Shown piece by piece: positions 41,826 to 49,836 of a stretch of 64,000 bases of DNA. Position numbers and translations under genes: made by a program. Positions within the stretch are counted from its first letter, which is position 1. Each line of letters begins with the position of its first letter. The notes beneath the pieces are model-generated. The model worked only from the letters and a program-made list of their open reading frames with translations, was not told the origin of the DNA and made no database searches. Source of the stretch: an uncultured Actinomycetes bacterium (GTDB lineage Bacteria > Actinomycetota > Thermoleophilia > Solirubrobacterales > 70-9); the NCBI GenBank assembly GCA_937908015.1, contig CALERC010000361.1:80-64079 (forward strand), given 5' to 3'.

Positions 41826-42768
41826 GGAGCGACTCCTCCCGCGCGGCGATCTCGACCCCGGCCCAACCCTCGTAGACGCGGGCGACCTCGGTGTGGTCGG
41901 CACCCTCGCCGGCGACCGTGTCGGCGAGCCGCCAGAGCTGCTCGACCAGGCCGCCAAGCGGCATCGAGACCCCCTGCACGTCGGCCTCGGCGAGCGCCAG
42001 GCCGACGTCCTTCAGCATCAGCTCGAGGCGGAAGCCGGAGTCGAACTCGCGGGTGAGGACCTGCTGCGGGAACTTCGAGACGGTGGCGCTGTTGCGACCG
42101 GAGCCGGCGTTGAAGGCCTCCAGCAGCGCCGCCGGATCGAGGCCGGCGCGGGCGGCGACCGTCATCGCCTCCGAGGTGATCGTGACCGCGGTGGCCGAGA
42201 GCAGGTTGTTCATCACCTTCGCCAACTGGCCCATGCCGGGCTCCGCGCCGACCAGGACGATCACCTTGGAGAAGGGCTCGAGCAGGTCGCGGTTGGCCTC
42301 GAAAACGTCGGCCGGGGCGGCGGCGAAGACACCGAGCGTGCGGGCTTCGGCGCCGGCGACGCCGCCCGAGAGGGGCGCGTCGAGGTAGGCGACGCCGCGC
42401 TCGGCGAGCAGCGCGGAGAGCTCGCGGGCGGTCTGCACGCCGGTGGTCGAGAGGTCGATGAACGTCTCCATCGCGCCGCCGGCGAGCAGGCCGTCCTCGC
42501 CGCGGAGCACCTCGACCACCACCGGCGGGGTCGGCAGGCTGGCCATCACCGTGGGGGCGAGGGCGGCGACCTCGGCGGGGGACGAGCAGGCGCGGGCGCC
42601 GCGCTCGACCAACGGCTGCATCGCCTCGGCGCGGGTGTCGAAGACGGCCATCGGGCGCCCGGTGGAGGCGACCGCGGCGGCCAGATGGGACCCGATCGCG
42701 CCGAGGCCGACGAATCCCACGCAGGCGGCGTCGGCCGCGTTTGGTTGTGCTCCTCCTGAGCTACCCAC
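41812..42768 (-). CDS. NAD(P)-dependent beta-hydroxyacid dehydrogenase-like oxidoreductase (6PGDH NAD-binding fold)
   Basis: 'VGFVGLGAIGSHLA', 'DAPLSGG', 'GMGQLAKVMNN'. I place the start at GTG 42768, 7 nt after a TATACT -10-like hexamer (possibly leaderless). The track uses TTG 42801, which lies inside the GntR box. Confidence 0.8.
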   Translation of the reverse strand: MGSSGGAQPNAADAACVGFVGLGAIGSHLAAAVASTGRPMAVFDTRAEAMQPLVERGARACSSPAEVAALAPTVMASLPTPPVVVEVLRGEDGLLAGGAMETFIDLSTTGVQTARELSALLAERGVAYLDAPLSGGVAGAEARTLGVFAAAPADVFEANRDLLEPFSKVIVLVGAEPGMGQLAKVMNNLLSATAVTITSEAMTVAARAGLDPAALLEAFNAGSGRNSATVSKFPQQVLTREFDSGFRLELMLKDVGLALAEADVQGVSMPLGGLVEQLWRLADTVAGEGADHTEVARVYEGWAGVEIAAREESLRGED

Positions 42769-42790
42769 GGCAAAAAGTATAACTGACTGC

Positions 42791-42801
42791 TCGTCATACA
42801 A
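42791..42801. promoter_or_regulatory. GntR-type box TCGTCATACAA (copy D) in the divergent promoter region
   Basis: The 11-mer is identical to copies A and C and is followed by A+CAGGCG, as in cassette A minus 9 nt. It lies between the 12-gene operon (-) and the GntR gene at 42923 (+). Confidence 0.55.
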
Positions 42802-42814
42802 ACAGGCGAATTGC

Positions 42815-42833
42815 GGAATTTATTCCAAATTCC
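42815..42833. promoter_or_regulatory. AT-rich palindrome GGAATTT-attcc-AAATTCC
   Basis: 7-bp perfect arms in the same divergent intergenic region. This is the lowest-GC patch of the window. Confidence 0.35.
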
Positions 42834-42922
42834 TGCTTTTCCCCTGCAAGCCGGGACGAAAGTCCATTCCTATCGCTTTACGACGTTTGCGCATGATCGT
42901 CTTTCTGTAGCATCGGCTGACG

Positions 42923-43624
42923 ATGGCGACCGGACAGGGCGACTTAGGGCTGCGCGTAGGGCGCGTCGCCGCGCCGCTGCGCGAGCAGGTCCTCGAGGTG
43001 GTCCGCCAGGCGATCCTCGACTTCCGTTACAAACCCGGCCAGCGCTTGATCGAGCGCGAGCTGATCGAGCAGACGGGGGTGTCGCGGACGACGATCCGCG
43101 AGGTGCTGCGCGAGCTCGAGGCCGAGGGCCTGGTCACGACGATCCCGCAGAAAGGCGCGATCGTCGTCGTCCCGACGCCGGAGGAGGCGGCCGAGCTATA
43201 CGAGGTGCGCTCGGCTCTGGAGCAGCTCACCGTGCGCAATTTCGTCGCCCGCGCCAGCGACAAACAAGTGACGGCCCTGCGCCGCAAAGCCGACGACTTC
43301 AACCAGGTGGTCGAGCGCGGCGAGGACACCCGCGCGATGCTGCGCGCCAAGGACGCCTTCTACGACGTCCTCTTCGAAGGTGCCGGCAACAAGCAGGTGA
43401 GCGCGATCCTCGGCAGCCTCCAGGCCCGGGTCCGCATGCTCCGCGCCGCCTCGATGTCGGATCCCGACCGCGGCGTGAAGATCGTCGCCGAGCTCGACGC
43501 CCTGGTCTCGGCGATCGAAGCCCGCGACGCCGACGCCGCCGCCGAGGCCTGCGCCATCCACCTCGGCCAGGCCGAGACCAGCGGCGTCAAGGGCATCTCC
43601 TCGTACTCGCCATCTGACGAGTAA
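42923..43624 (+). CDS. GntR family transcriptional regulator (FadR-like, FCD domain), paralog of 11274-11984
   Basis: 233 aa. About three-quarters identical to the 11274 protein in my manual ungapped alignment. TAGCAT (42908-42913) lies 9 nt before the ATG and there is no RBS. Confidence 0.9.
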   Translation: MATGQGDLGLRVGRVAAPLREQVLEVVRQAILDFRYKPGQRLIERELIEQTGVSRTTIREVLRELEAEGLVTTIPQKGAIVVVPTPEEAAELYEVRSALEQLTVRNFVARASDKQVTALRRKADDFNQVVERGEDTRAMLRAKDAFYDVLFEGAGNKQVSAILGSLQARVRMLRAASMSDPDRGVKIVAELDALVSAIEARDADAAAEACAIHLGQAETSGVKGISSYSPSDE

Positions 43625-43652
43625 CGACCCGGCAATCTCCGCGGAGCCGCGC

Positions 43653-43673
43653 GGAACTCCACGTTCCCTAAGG
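43653..43673 (+). repeat. 21-nt motif GGAACTCCACGTTCCCTAAGG (copy 2 of 2)
   Basis: Identical to 12138-12158. The flanks also share GGGGAGACGG and GGAGACGCC words with spacer A. Confidence 0.7.
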
Positions 43674-43811
43674 AGGTCCGGATACAGGTCCCGGCGGGGA
43701 GACGGGGCGCACGGCGTCGGGAAGGGGCGCGGAGACGCCGATCCATACCGATCCCTCGCAGGTCCCTGCACCAATCGTCTAGCCGTCAGACAGTCATATA
43801 GACTCCGCGAC

Positions 43812-44609
43812 ATGGACAACTCGGGCATCGACGGCAAGGTCGCGCTGGTCACCGGCGGGGCGAGTGGGATCGGGGCGGCCACCGCGCGCCAGCTCTCCGA
43901 GCAGGGCGCGAAGCTGGTCGTCGCCGACCTCGACGCCGACGCGGCGGCGGAGCTGGCCGCCTCCCTGCCCGGCGAGGCGATCGGGATCGGCGGTGACGTC
44001 TCACGCGAGGCCGACGTCGAGGCGATGGTCGCGAGCGCGGTCGAGCGCTTCGGCCGGGTCGACCTCCACCACCTGAACGCCGGTATCCCCGGCTCGCTCG
44101 CCCCCTTCGAGGAGCTGAGCGTCGCGGACTTCGACAAGGTCATCGACGTCGACCTGCGCAGCGTCTTCCTCGGCCTCCGCGAGGCCTTCCGCCAGTACGC
44201 GCGGCAGGAGGGCGGCGGGGCGATCGTCACCACCGCCTCGATCGGCAGCCTCCGCGGCGCCTCCGACCTGATCCCCTACCACACGGCCAAGCACGGGGTG
44301 GTCGGCCTGACCCGCTGCGCCGCCGTCCACGGCGCCGAGCGCGGCGTCCGCGTGAACGCGATCGCCCCCGGCATCGTCCTCACCGGCCTCTTCTCCACCA
44401 CCAAAGGCACGACCGGGGGCGCCGCCGACTGGGAGAAGCGGGCGAAGATCGCCCCCCAGCGCCGCGCCGGCACCTCCGAGGAGGTCGCCGACCTGGTCGC
44501 CTTCCTGCTCAGCGACCGCGCCGGCTTCCTCACCGGCGAGGTGATCTCGATCGACGGCGGCGCCACCGCGATGAACCCGGCGCGGCCCTCCGGCCAGCGC
44601 GTCGGCTAG
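43812..44609 (+). CDS. SDR family oxidoreductase
   Basis: 265 aa. 'KVALVTGGASGIGAA', 'LNAG', 'YHTAKHGVVGLT'. TAGACT (43799-43804) lies 7 nt before the ATG with no RBS, so the transcript may be leaderless. Confidence 0.9.
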   Translation: MDNSGIDGKVALVTGGASGIGAATARQLSEQGAKLVVADLDADAAAELAASLPGEAIGIGGDVSREADVEAMVASAVERFGRVDLHHLNAGIPGSLAPFEELSVADFDKVIDVDLRSVFLGLREAFRQYARQEGGGAIVTTASIGSLRGASDLIPYHTAKHGVVGLTRCAAVHGAERGVRVNAIAPGIVLTGLFSTTKGTTGGAADWEKRAKIAPQRRAGTSEEVADLVAFLLSDRAGFLTGEVISIDGGATAMNPARPSGQRVG

Positions 44610-44619
44610 TCCCCGAGCC

Positions 44620-45342
44620 TCACTCGGCGCCCTCGAGGACGAACCCGGCGAGCTCCAGCGCCACCCTCACCTCGGTCGGCTCCGCCGGGGCGTCGATATG
44701 GGCGAAGAGGGTGAGCGCGACGTGGGACATGTGACGGGCGGAGAGCTTCGCGCAACCGGTCGCGTCGCCGGCCTCGGCAGCGGCGAGGACCGCCTCGTGA
44801 TCGCGCCGGGCCAGGTGGAGCAGGCCGATCTCGTCGGCGCGCTCGCGCAGGTACAGGCGGCGGTAGCGCTGGGCGTGGTCCCAGAGATCGCCGATCTCAC
44901 CGCGGAGACGCTCGCCGCAACGATCGAAGAGGGCGAAGTGGAACTCTCGGTGCAGCCGCCGCGCCTCCTCCAGCCGCTGCGCTTCGCAGGCCTCGACGTG
45001 GGCGTCGAGGGTGCGCCTGATCGCCGCCAGGTCCGCGGCCTCCAGTTGCGGCACCGTCAGCCGCACGCCGAGCGGCTCCAACATCACCCGCATCGCGTAG
45101 AGCTCGGCGAGGTCGGCCGGATCGAGGTCGGCGACCTGGAGCTTGCGGTTCGGCTCGGCACGGAGGAGCTGCTCGGCCTGGGCGCGGCGCACCGCCTCGC
45201 GCAGCGGCGTGCGACCGATCTCGAGCAGCTCCGACACCTCCCCCTGGGAGTAGGCGCGGCCGGGCTGGAGCTCGCCTTCGAGGATCGCCCGCCGGAGGCG
45301 CTCGTGCGCGTCGGCTTCGGCGCTCGCCCGGCCCGCCGACAT
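44620..45342 (-). CDS. GntR family transcriptional regulator (FCD domain)
   Basis: 240 aa from ATG 45342 (TGATG junction with the upstream SDR stop). 'SQGEVSELLEIGRTPLREAVRRAQAEQLL'. The track ORF (503 aa) is over-extended. Confidence 0.88.
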   Translation of the reverse strand: MSAGRASAEADAHERLRRAILEGELQPGRAYSQGEVSELLEIGRTPLREAVRRAQAEQLLRAEPNRKLQVADLDPADLAELYAMRVMLEPLGVRLTVPQLEAADLAAIRRTLDAHVEACEAQRLEEARRLHREFHFALFDRCGERLRGEIGDLWDHAQRYRRLYLRERADEIGLLHLARRDHEAVLAAAEAGDATGCAKLSARHMSHVALTLFAHIDAPAEPTEVRVALELAGFVLEGAE

Positions 45343-46154
45343 CAGATCAACCCCGGGTAGCTGCCGCCGTCGAGGTGGATGTTGTTGCCGGAGACGTAGC
45401 CCGCCTGGGCGCTGCAGAGGAACGCGCACATCGCCCCGAACTCGCTCGGCTCGCCGAGGCGACGGGCGGCGATCGACTCCTCCTGCCGGCGGCGGGCGGC
45501 AGCGTAGTCGACCCCCTCGGCGTCCATCACCCGCTGGGCCATGAAGCGCTGGCGGTCGGTGTCGAAGCGCTCGGGAAGCAGGTTGTTGATCGTCACGTTG
45601 TCGCGCGCGACCTCCAGCGAGAGGCCCTTGAGGGCGGCCGTCATCCCGGCCCGCGACGCGCTCGAGAGCGCCATCGAGGGCCGCGGCGAGGTGACCATCG
45701 CCGAGGTCACGTTGACGATCCGGCCGAAGCGCCGCTCGCGCATCGCCGGCAGGCAGGCCGCGATCAGAAGCAGGTGGGAGACCATGTTGCCCTGCACCGC
45801 CTCGGCCCATTGCGCCTCGGTGAGCGAGCCGAAGTCGGCGGGCGGCGGCCCGGCGTTGTTGGTGACGACGATGTCGGGATCCGGCAACGCCGCCAGCAGC
45901 GCCGCGCGGCCTGCCGCGGTGGTGACGTCGGCGACGACCGGCTCGACCGCGACCCGATGGGCCTCGCGCAGGCGCGTGGCCGCGGCGTCGAGGCGCTCCC
46001 GATCGCGTCCGTTCACGACCAGGTCCACGCCCTCGGCGGCAAGGGCCTCCGCGCAGGCGAAGCCGAGGCCCTTGCTCGACGCGCAGACGATCGCCCTGCG
46101 TCCCGCGATCCCTAGGTCCAAGATCTCCCATTTCGGTATACAGTTTTGCCGCAC
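45342..46154 (-). CDS. SDR family oxidoreductase
   Basis: 'RRAIVCASSKGLGFA', 'NNAG', 'SSASRAGMTAALK'. The start is either GTG 46154 or, more SDR-typical, in-frame TTG 46121 ('LDLGIAGRRAIV'). Confidence 0.85.
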   Translation of the reverse strand: MRQNCIPKWEILDLGIAGRRAIVCASSKGLGFACAEALAAEGVDLVVNGRDRERLDAAATRLREAHRVAVEPVVADVTTAAGRAALLAALPDPDIVVTNNAGPPPADFGSLTEAQWAEAVQGNMVSHLLLIAACLPAMRERRFGRIVNVTSAMVTSPRPSMALSSASRAGMTAALKGLSLEVARDNVTINNLLPERFDTDRQRFMAQRVMDAEGVDYAAARRRQEESIAARRLGEPSEFGAMCAFLCSAQAGYVSGNNIHLDGGSYPGLI

Positions 46155-46186
46155 ATGGCCGTTGATTCTATATATCTTTCGACGCC

Positions 46187-47125
46187 TTGAAGGCGGCGGT
46201 GCTCACCGAGCTCGGCGTTCCGAGCCTCGGCGCCTTCGCCGAGCCGGCCCCGTCGGCGGCGGGGCAGGAGGTGGTCGAGGTGGTCGCCGCGGGGATCAAC
46301 CACCTCGACCTGGCAAAGGCGGCGGGCACCTTCTACACCGGCCCTCCCCCGCTTCCGTCGGTGCCCGGGTCCGACGGCGTCGGCCGGCGCGCCGACGGGA
46401 GCCGGGTGTACTTCGACGCCCCGGTGGCCCCATTCGGCTCGCTCGCCGAGCGGACCTTGGTCGCCGCCGAGACGATGCTGCCGATCCCCGACGCGGTCGG
46501 CGACGAGGCCGCGGCGGTCGCGGGCAACGCCGGGATCGCGGCGATGACGGCGCTCGACCGCGCCCGCCTGTCGGCCGGCGAGCGGGTCCTCGTCCTCGGC
46601 GCCACCGGCTCCGTCGGCCGGATCGCGGTGCAGGCGGCGATCGCGATGGGCGCCGGCCGCGTGGTCGCCGCGGGCCGCGACCGGACCCGCCTCGAGGCTC
46701 TCGCCGCCCGCACCGGATGTGCGGTCGCTCCGCTCGGCGAGGCAGCCCCCATGGCGGCAGAGTTGGAAGCGGCGGCGGACGGGCCCGTCGACGTGATCGT
46801 CGACCCGGTCTGGGGCGAGCCCGCCCTGGCGGCGATGGGAGCCGCCGCGCAACGCGCCCGCCTGGTCCAGCTCGGCCAGCGCGCCGGGGCCACCATCGAG
46901 CTGCCCGCGGCACTGCTCCGCAGCCGCCGGCTCGAACTCATCGGCGTCTCTGGCGCGCTCGAGTCACACGCCGACCGCGCCGCCGCCTACGCCGGCCTGA
47001 TGGAGCTGATCGCCGCGGGCAAGGTGACGGTGGACTTCGAGCGGGTGCCCCTGGACGCGGTCGAGGACGCCTGGCGCCGGCAGGTCGCCGGCGCCGTCGG
47101 CACGAAGCTCGTCGTCACTCCTTGA
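46187..47125 (+). CDS. Quinone-oxidoreductase-like MDR (zeta-crystallin type, no structural zinc motif seen)
   Basis: 312 aa with a TTG start ('MKAAVL'). 'VLVLGATGSVGRIAVQ'. Its 3' end overlaps the convergent DUF3500 gene by 11 nt. Confidence 0.85.
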   Translation: MKAAVLTELGVPSLGAFAEPAPSAAGQEVVEVVAAGINHLDLAKAAGTFYTGPPPLPSVPGSDGVGRRADGSRVYFDAPVAPFGSLAERTLVAAETMLPIPDAVGDEAAAVAGNAGIAAMTALDRARLSAGERVLVLGATGSVGRIAVQAAIAMGAGRVVAAGRDRTRLEALAARTGCAVAPLGEAAPMAAELEAAADGPVDVIVDPVWGEPALAAMGAAAQRARLVQLGQRAGATIELPAALLRSRRLELIGVSGALESHADRAAAYAGLMELIAAGKVTVDFERVPLDAVEDAWRRQVAGAVGTKLVVTP

Positions 47126-48203
47126 CCAGCAGCTCGCGGGCGAAGTCGAGCCCCGGGTCGCGCCAGACGCTGTGGATGTGGTTCGCGTCGCCCTCGGTGT
47201 TGTTGAACTCGACCAGGGTGACCGGGCCCTGGATCCGGTAGTAGTGGCCGCCCTCGTAGTCGTCGGCGCCGGCCCAGGCGAAGTGCAGGCGCTCGAACCC
47301 GGCCCCCTCGATCCGCTCTTCTTCGCGCGTGCGCCAGGCGGCCGGGACGCGGTTCAGGTAGCAGCCCAACAGCTCCCGGAACCTCCGCCGCGAAGCCTCT
47401 CCCATGTCGGCGACGGCGAGGCCGCGCGGGTGGTCGCGTTCCCAGCGCAGGGCCTCGGCGTCCGCGGCGGTGATCAGGACGTCGCGGCGGCCGTCGCCGT
47501 GCAGGGCCGGGCGCTCGACCGCGCCGAGCTCCGACCGGCAGGCGGTGGCGAAGTCGGGCGGCGAGACGGCGTGGATCACGGCGGCGCGGCGTTCGTCGTC
47601 GTCGAGGCCTTCGAGCAGGGCGAAGCCGAGGTCCTCCTCCTCGGCCAGCGGGCGCAGCGGGCCGAAGCGGCCGGGCTCGGATCCGAACAGGCAGGGCGTC
47701 GAGATCACCCGTTCCTGGCCGATCACGGTGAAGTTGAGCGAGACGTGGTGGCCGACCAGCCGCCAGCCCCAGGTCGCGTCGGGCTGCGGCGGGTCGAAGA
47801 AGGTGAGGAAGTAGGCACCGGGGTCGCGGAAGTCGGTGGCGACCTGGCCGAGGCGCGGCTGGTCGAGCTCGCGCAGCAGGTGCTCCAGGCTGACGATGGT
47901 GAGGAAGCGGGCGTAGGCCTCGAGCGAGAGGCAGGCGGCCACCAGCCGGTGGACGAGCAGGTTCTCACGGTGGTCGAGGTCGCGCAGGGCGATCCCGTGG
48001 CTCCCCCGGCCGGCTTCGGGGAGGAAGTTCCAGACGGTCCGATTGGCGTCCTCGAAGGGGACCGTGAGGCGCTCCTGCTTCGCGGTCGAGAGCGCGTCGT
48101 AGAGGATCATCGCGGCGAAGGTCGCGATCGTCGCGCCACGAAACTGATCGGTCAGCGCAGCACCGGAGTGCACCCCGGCGACGGGCTCACGGTTCACTGG
48201 CAT
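47115..48203 (-). CDS. DUF3500 domain-containing protein
   Basis: 362 aa, with RBS GGAGAAGGAGG. 'GHHVSLNFTVIG' and C-terminal 'HYYRIQGPVTLVEFNNTEGDANHIHSVWRDP' match my memory of DUF3500. Confidence 0.8.
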   Translation of the reverse strand: MPVNREPVAGVHSGAALTDQFRGATIATFAAMILYDALSTAKQERLTVPFEDANRTVWNFLPEAGRGSHGIALRDLDHRENLLVHRLVAACLSLEAYARFLTIVSLEHLLRELDQPRLGQVATDFRDPGAYFLTFFDPPQPDATWGWRLVGHHVSLNFTVIGQERVISTPCLFGSEPGRFGPLRPLAEEEDLGFALLEGLDDDERRAAVIHAVSPPDFATACRSELGAVERPALHGDGRRDVLITAADAEALRWERDHPRGLAVADMGEASRRRFRELLGCYLNRVPAAWRTREEERIEGAGFERLHFAWAGADDYEGGHYYRIQGPVTLVEFNNTEGDANHIHSVWRDPGLDFARELLVKE

Positions 48204-49836
48204 CTCGGTCCTCCTTCTCCGGGGCGGCGGCGATCGATTCGACCGCCAGGTCGCCGGACTCGTACCGGGCGCGCAGCGCCCGCTTGTCGATCTTGCCGAC
48301 TCCGGTCCGCGGCAGCTCCGCGACCCGGGCGAAGGTCTCCGGCACCCACCATCTCGGCAGCTGCTCGAGCAGGAAGGCGCGCAGCTCCGCCGCGTCGGCC
48401 GCGGCCTCGGCGGCGATGACGACGCAGGCGCAGGGCCGCTCGATCCAACGGTCGTCCTCGATCCCGATCACCGCCGCGGCGGCCACCGCCGGGTGGCGCA
48501 GCAGCGCCTCCTCGACGTCGAGCGAGGAGATCCACTCGCCGCCGGACTTGATCACGTCCTTCTCGCGGTCGACCAGCTTCAGCCAGCCGGCGGCATCGAT
48601 CGTCCCCAGGTCGCCGGTCCGCAGCCAGCCGTCGCGGAAGCGCTCCGCCGCGTCCTCGGGATCGCCGTAGTACTCGCGGACCACCAACGGCCCGCGCACC
48701 TCGACCTCGCCCACCGCCTCGCCGTCGCAGGGCGCGAGGGTGCCGTCGGGAGCGCGCAGCCGCGCCTCGTATAGCGGCCGCAACCAGCCGACGGTCGAAC
48801 GTCGGCGCCACCGCTCGTCGGGCTCCAGCGACGGGTCGTCGAAGACGCGCGAGCCGCCCGGCCCGGTCTCCGTCATCCCCCAGCCCTGCAGGACGGTGAC
48901 GCCGCGGTCCTGGTACCAGTGCATCAGCTCGTCGGGCACCCGGTTGCCGCCGCAGCCGATCGCCCGCAGCGACCCGAGATCGCCGCCGACGCGGTCGACG
49001 TGGCGCCGCACGTCGGCCCACACGGTCGGCACGCCGGAGGAGAAGGTGACCGCCTCGGAGCGGATCAGCGGGACGAGGTGCTCGGGCGCGAGCCGGCGGC
49101 CGGGAAGGATCAGCGCGGCGCCGTTCATCGCGGTGATGTAGGGCAGGTTCCAGCCCATCGCGTGGAACATCGGCACCACCGCGAGGACGCGGTCGCTGCC
49201 CGGCAGCCCGTAGGGGTCGAAGGCGGCCATCGTCAGCGCGTGGAGGACCAGCTGGCGGTGGCTGTAGAGGACGCCCTTCGGCCTGCCGACCGTGCCCGAG
49301 GTGAAGCAGAGCCCGGCCGGCATGTGCTCGTCCAGCTCCGGCCAGTCGAACCCCTCCCCCGCCCCGATCAGGTCGGCGTAGGCGACCGCGCCGGGGATCT
49401 CCTCAGCGGCGGGCCCACCGAAGACGACCACCCGCTCGATGCAGTCGACCGCGGCGAGGACCTCGGCGGCGAGCGGCACCAGGTCGGTCCCGACGATCAG
49501 CACCCGCGGGGTCGCGGTCGCGACGATCTCGGCGAGCTGTCGCGCCGGGAGCCGCGCGTTCAGGGTCAGCAGCACCGCTCCGGCTCCCGGCACCGCCCAG
49601 TACGCGGTCAGGTGCTCGGGGACATTCCAAGCCAGCGTCGCCACCCGGTCGCCGACCCCGACCCCGAGCCGCTGCAGGCCGGCGGCGAAGGCCCCGGCGT
49701 CGGCGACGACCTCGCCCAGCCGCAGGCTGTCGCGGTCGCCCGACTCGCGGACCGCCACCACCTCTGCCGCGGCGTGCCGCCCCGCCGCCAGGCGGCGCAG
49801 CATGCCGAGGGTCAGGGAGCGGTCCTCGGCGCTCAC
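48187..49836 (-). CDS. AMP-dependent acyl-CoA synthetase/ligase
   Basis: 549 aa from GTG 49836 (GTGA overlap with the upstream stop). 'FTSGTVGRPKGV' AMP-binding motif, 'GWGMTET', 'TGDLG', 'VDREKDVIKSGGEWIS'. The track ORF (885 aa) is over-extended. Confidence 0.9.
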   Translation of the reverse strand: MSAEDRSLTLGMLRRLAAGRHAAAEVVAVRESGDRDSLRLGEVVADAGAFAAGLQRLGVGVGDRVATLAWNVPEHLTAYWAVPGAGAVLLTLNARLPARQLAEIVATATPRVLIVGTDLVPLAAEVLAAVDCIERVVVFGGPAAEEIPGAVAYADLIGAGEGFDWPELDEHMPAGLCFTSGTVGRPKGVLYSHRQLVLHALTMAAFDPYGLPGSDRVLAVVPMFHAMGWNLPYITAMNGAALILPGRRLAPEHLVPLIRSEAVTFSSGVPTVWADVRRHVDRVGGDLGSLRAIGCGGNRVPDELMHWYQDRGVTVLQGWGMTETGPGGSRVFDDPSLEPDERWRRRSTVGWLRPLYEARLRAPDGTLAPCDGEAVGEVEVRGPLVVREYYGDPEDAAERFRDGWLRTGDLGTIDAAGWLKLVDREKDVIKSGGEWISSLDVEEALLRHPAVAAAAVIGIEDDRWIERPCACVVIAAEAAADAAELRAFLLEQLPRWWVPETFARVAELPRTGVGKIDKRALRARYESGDLAVESIAAAPEKEDRDASEP

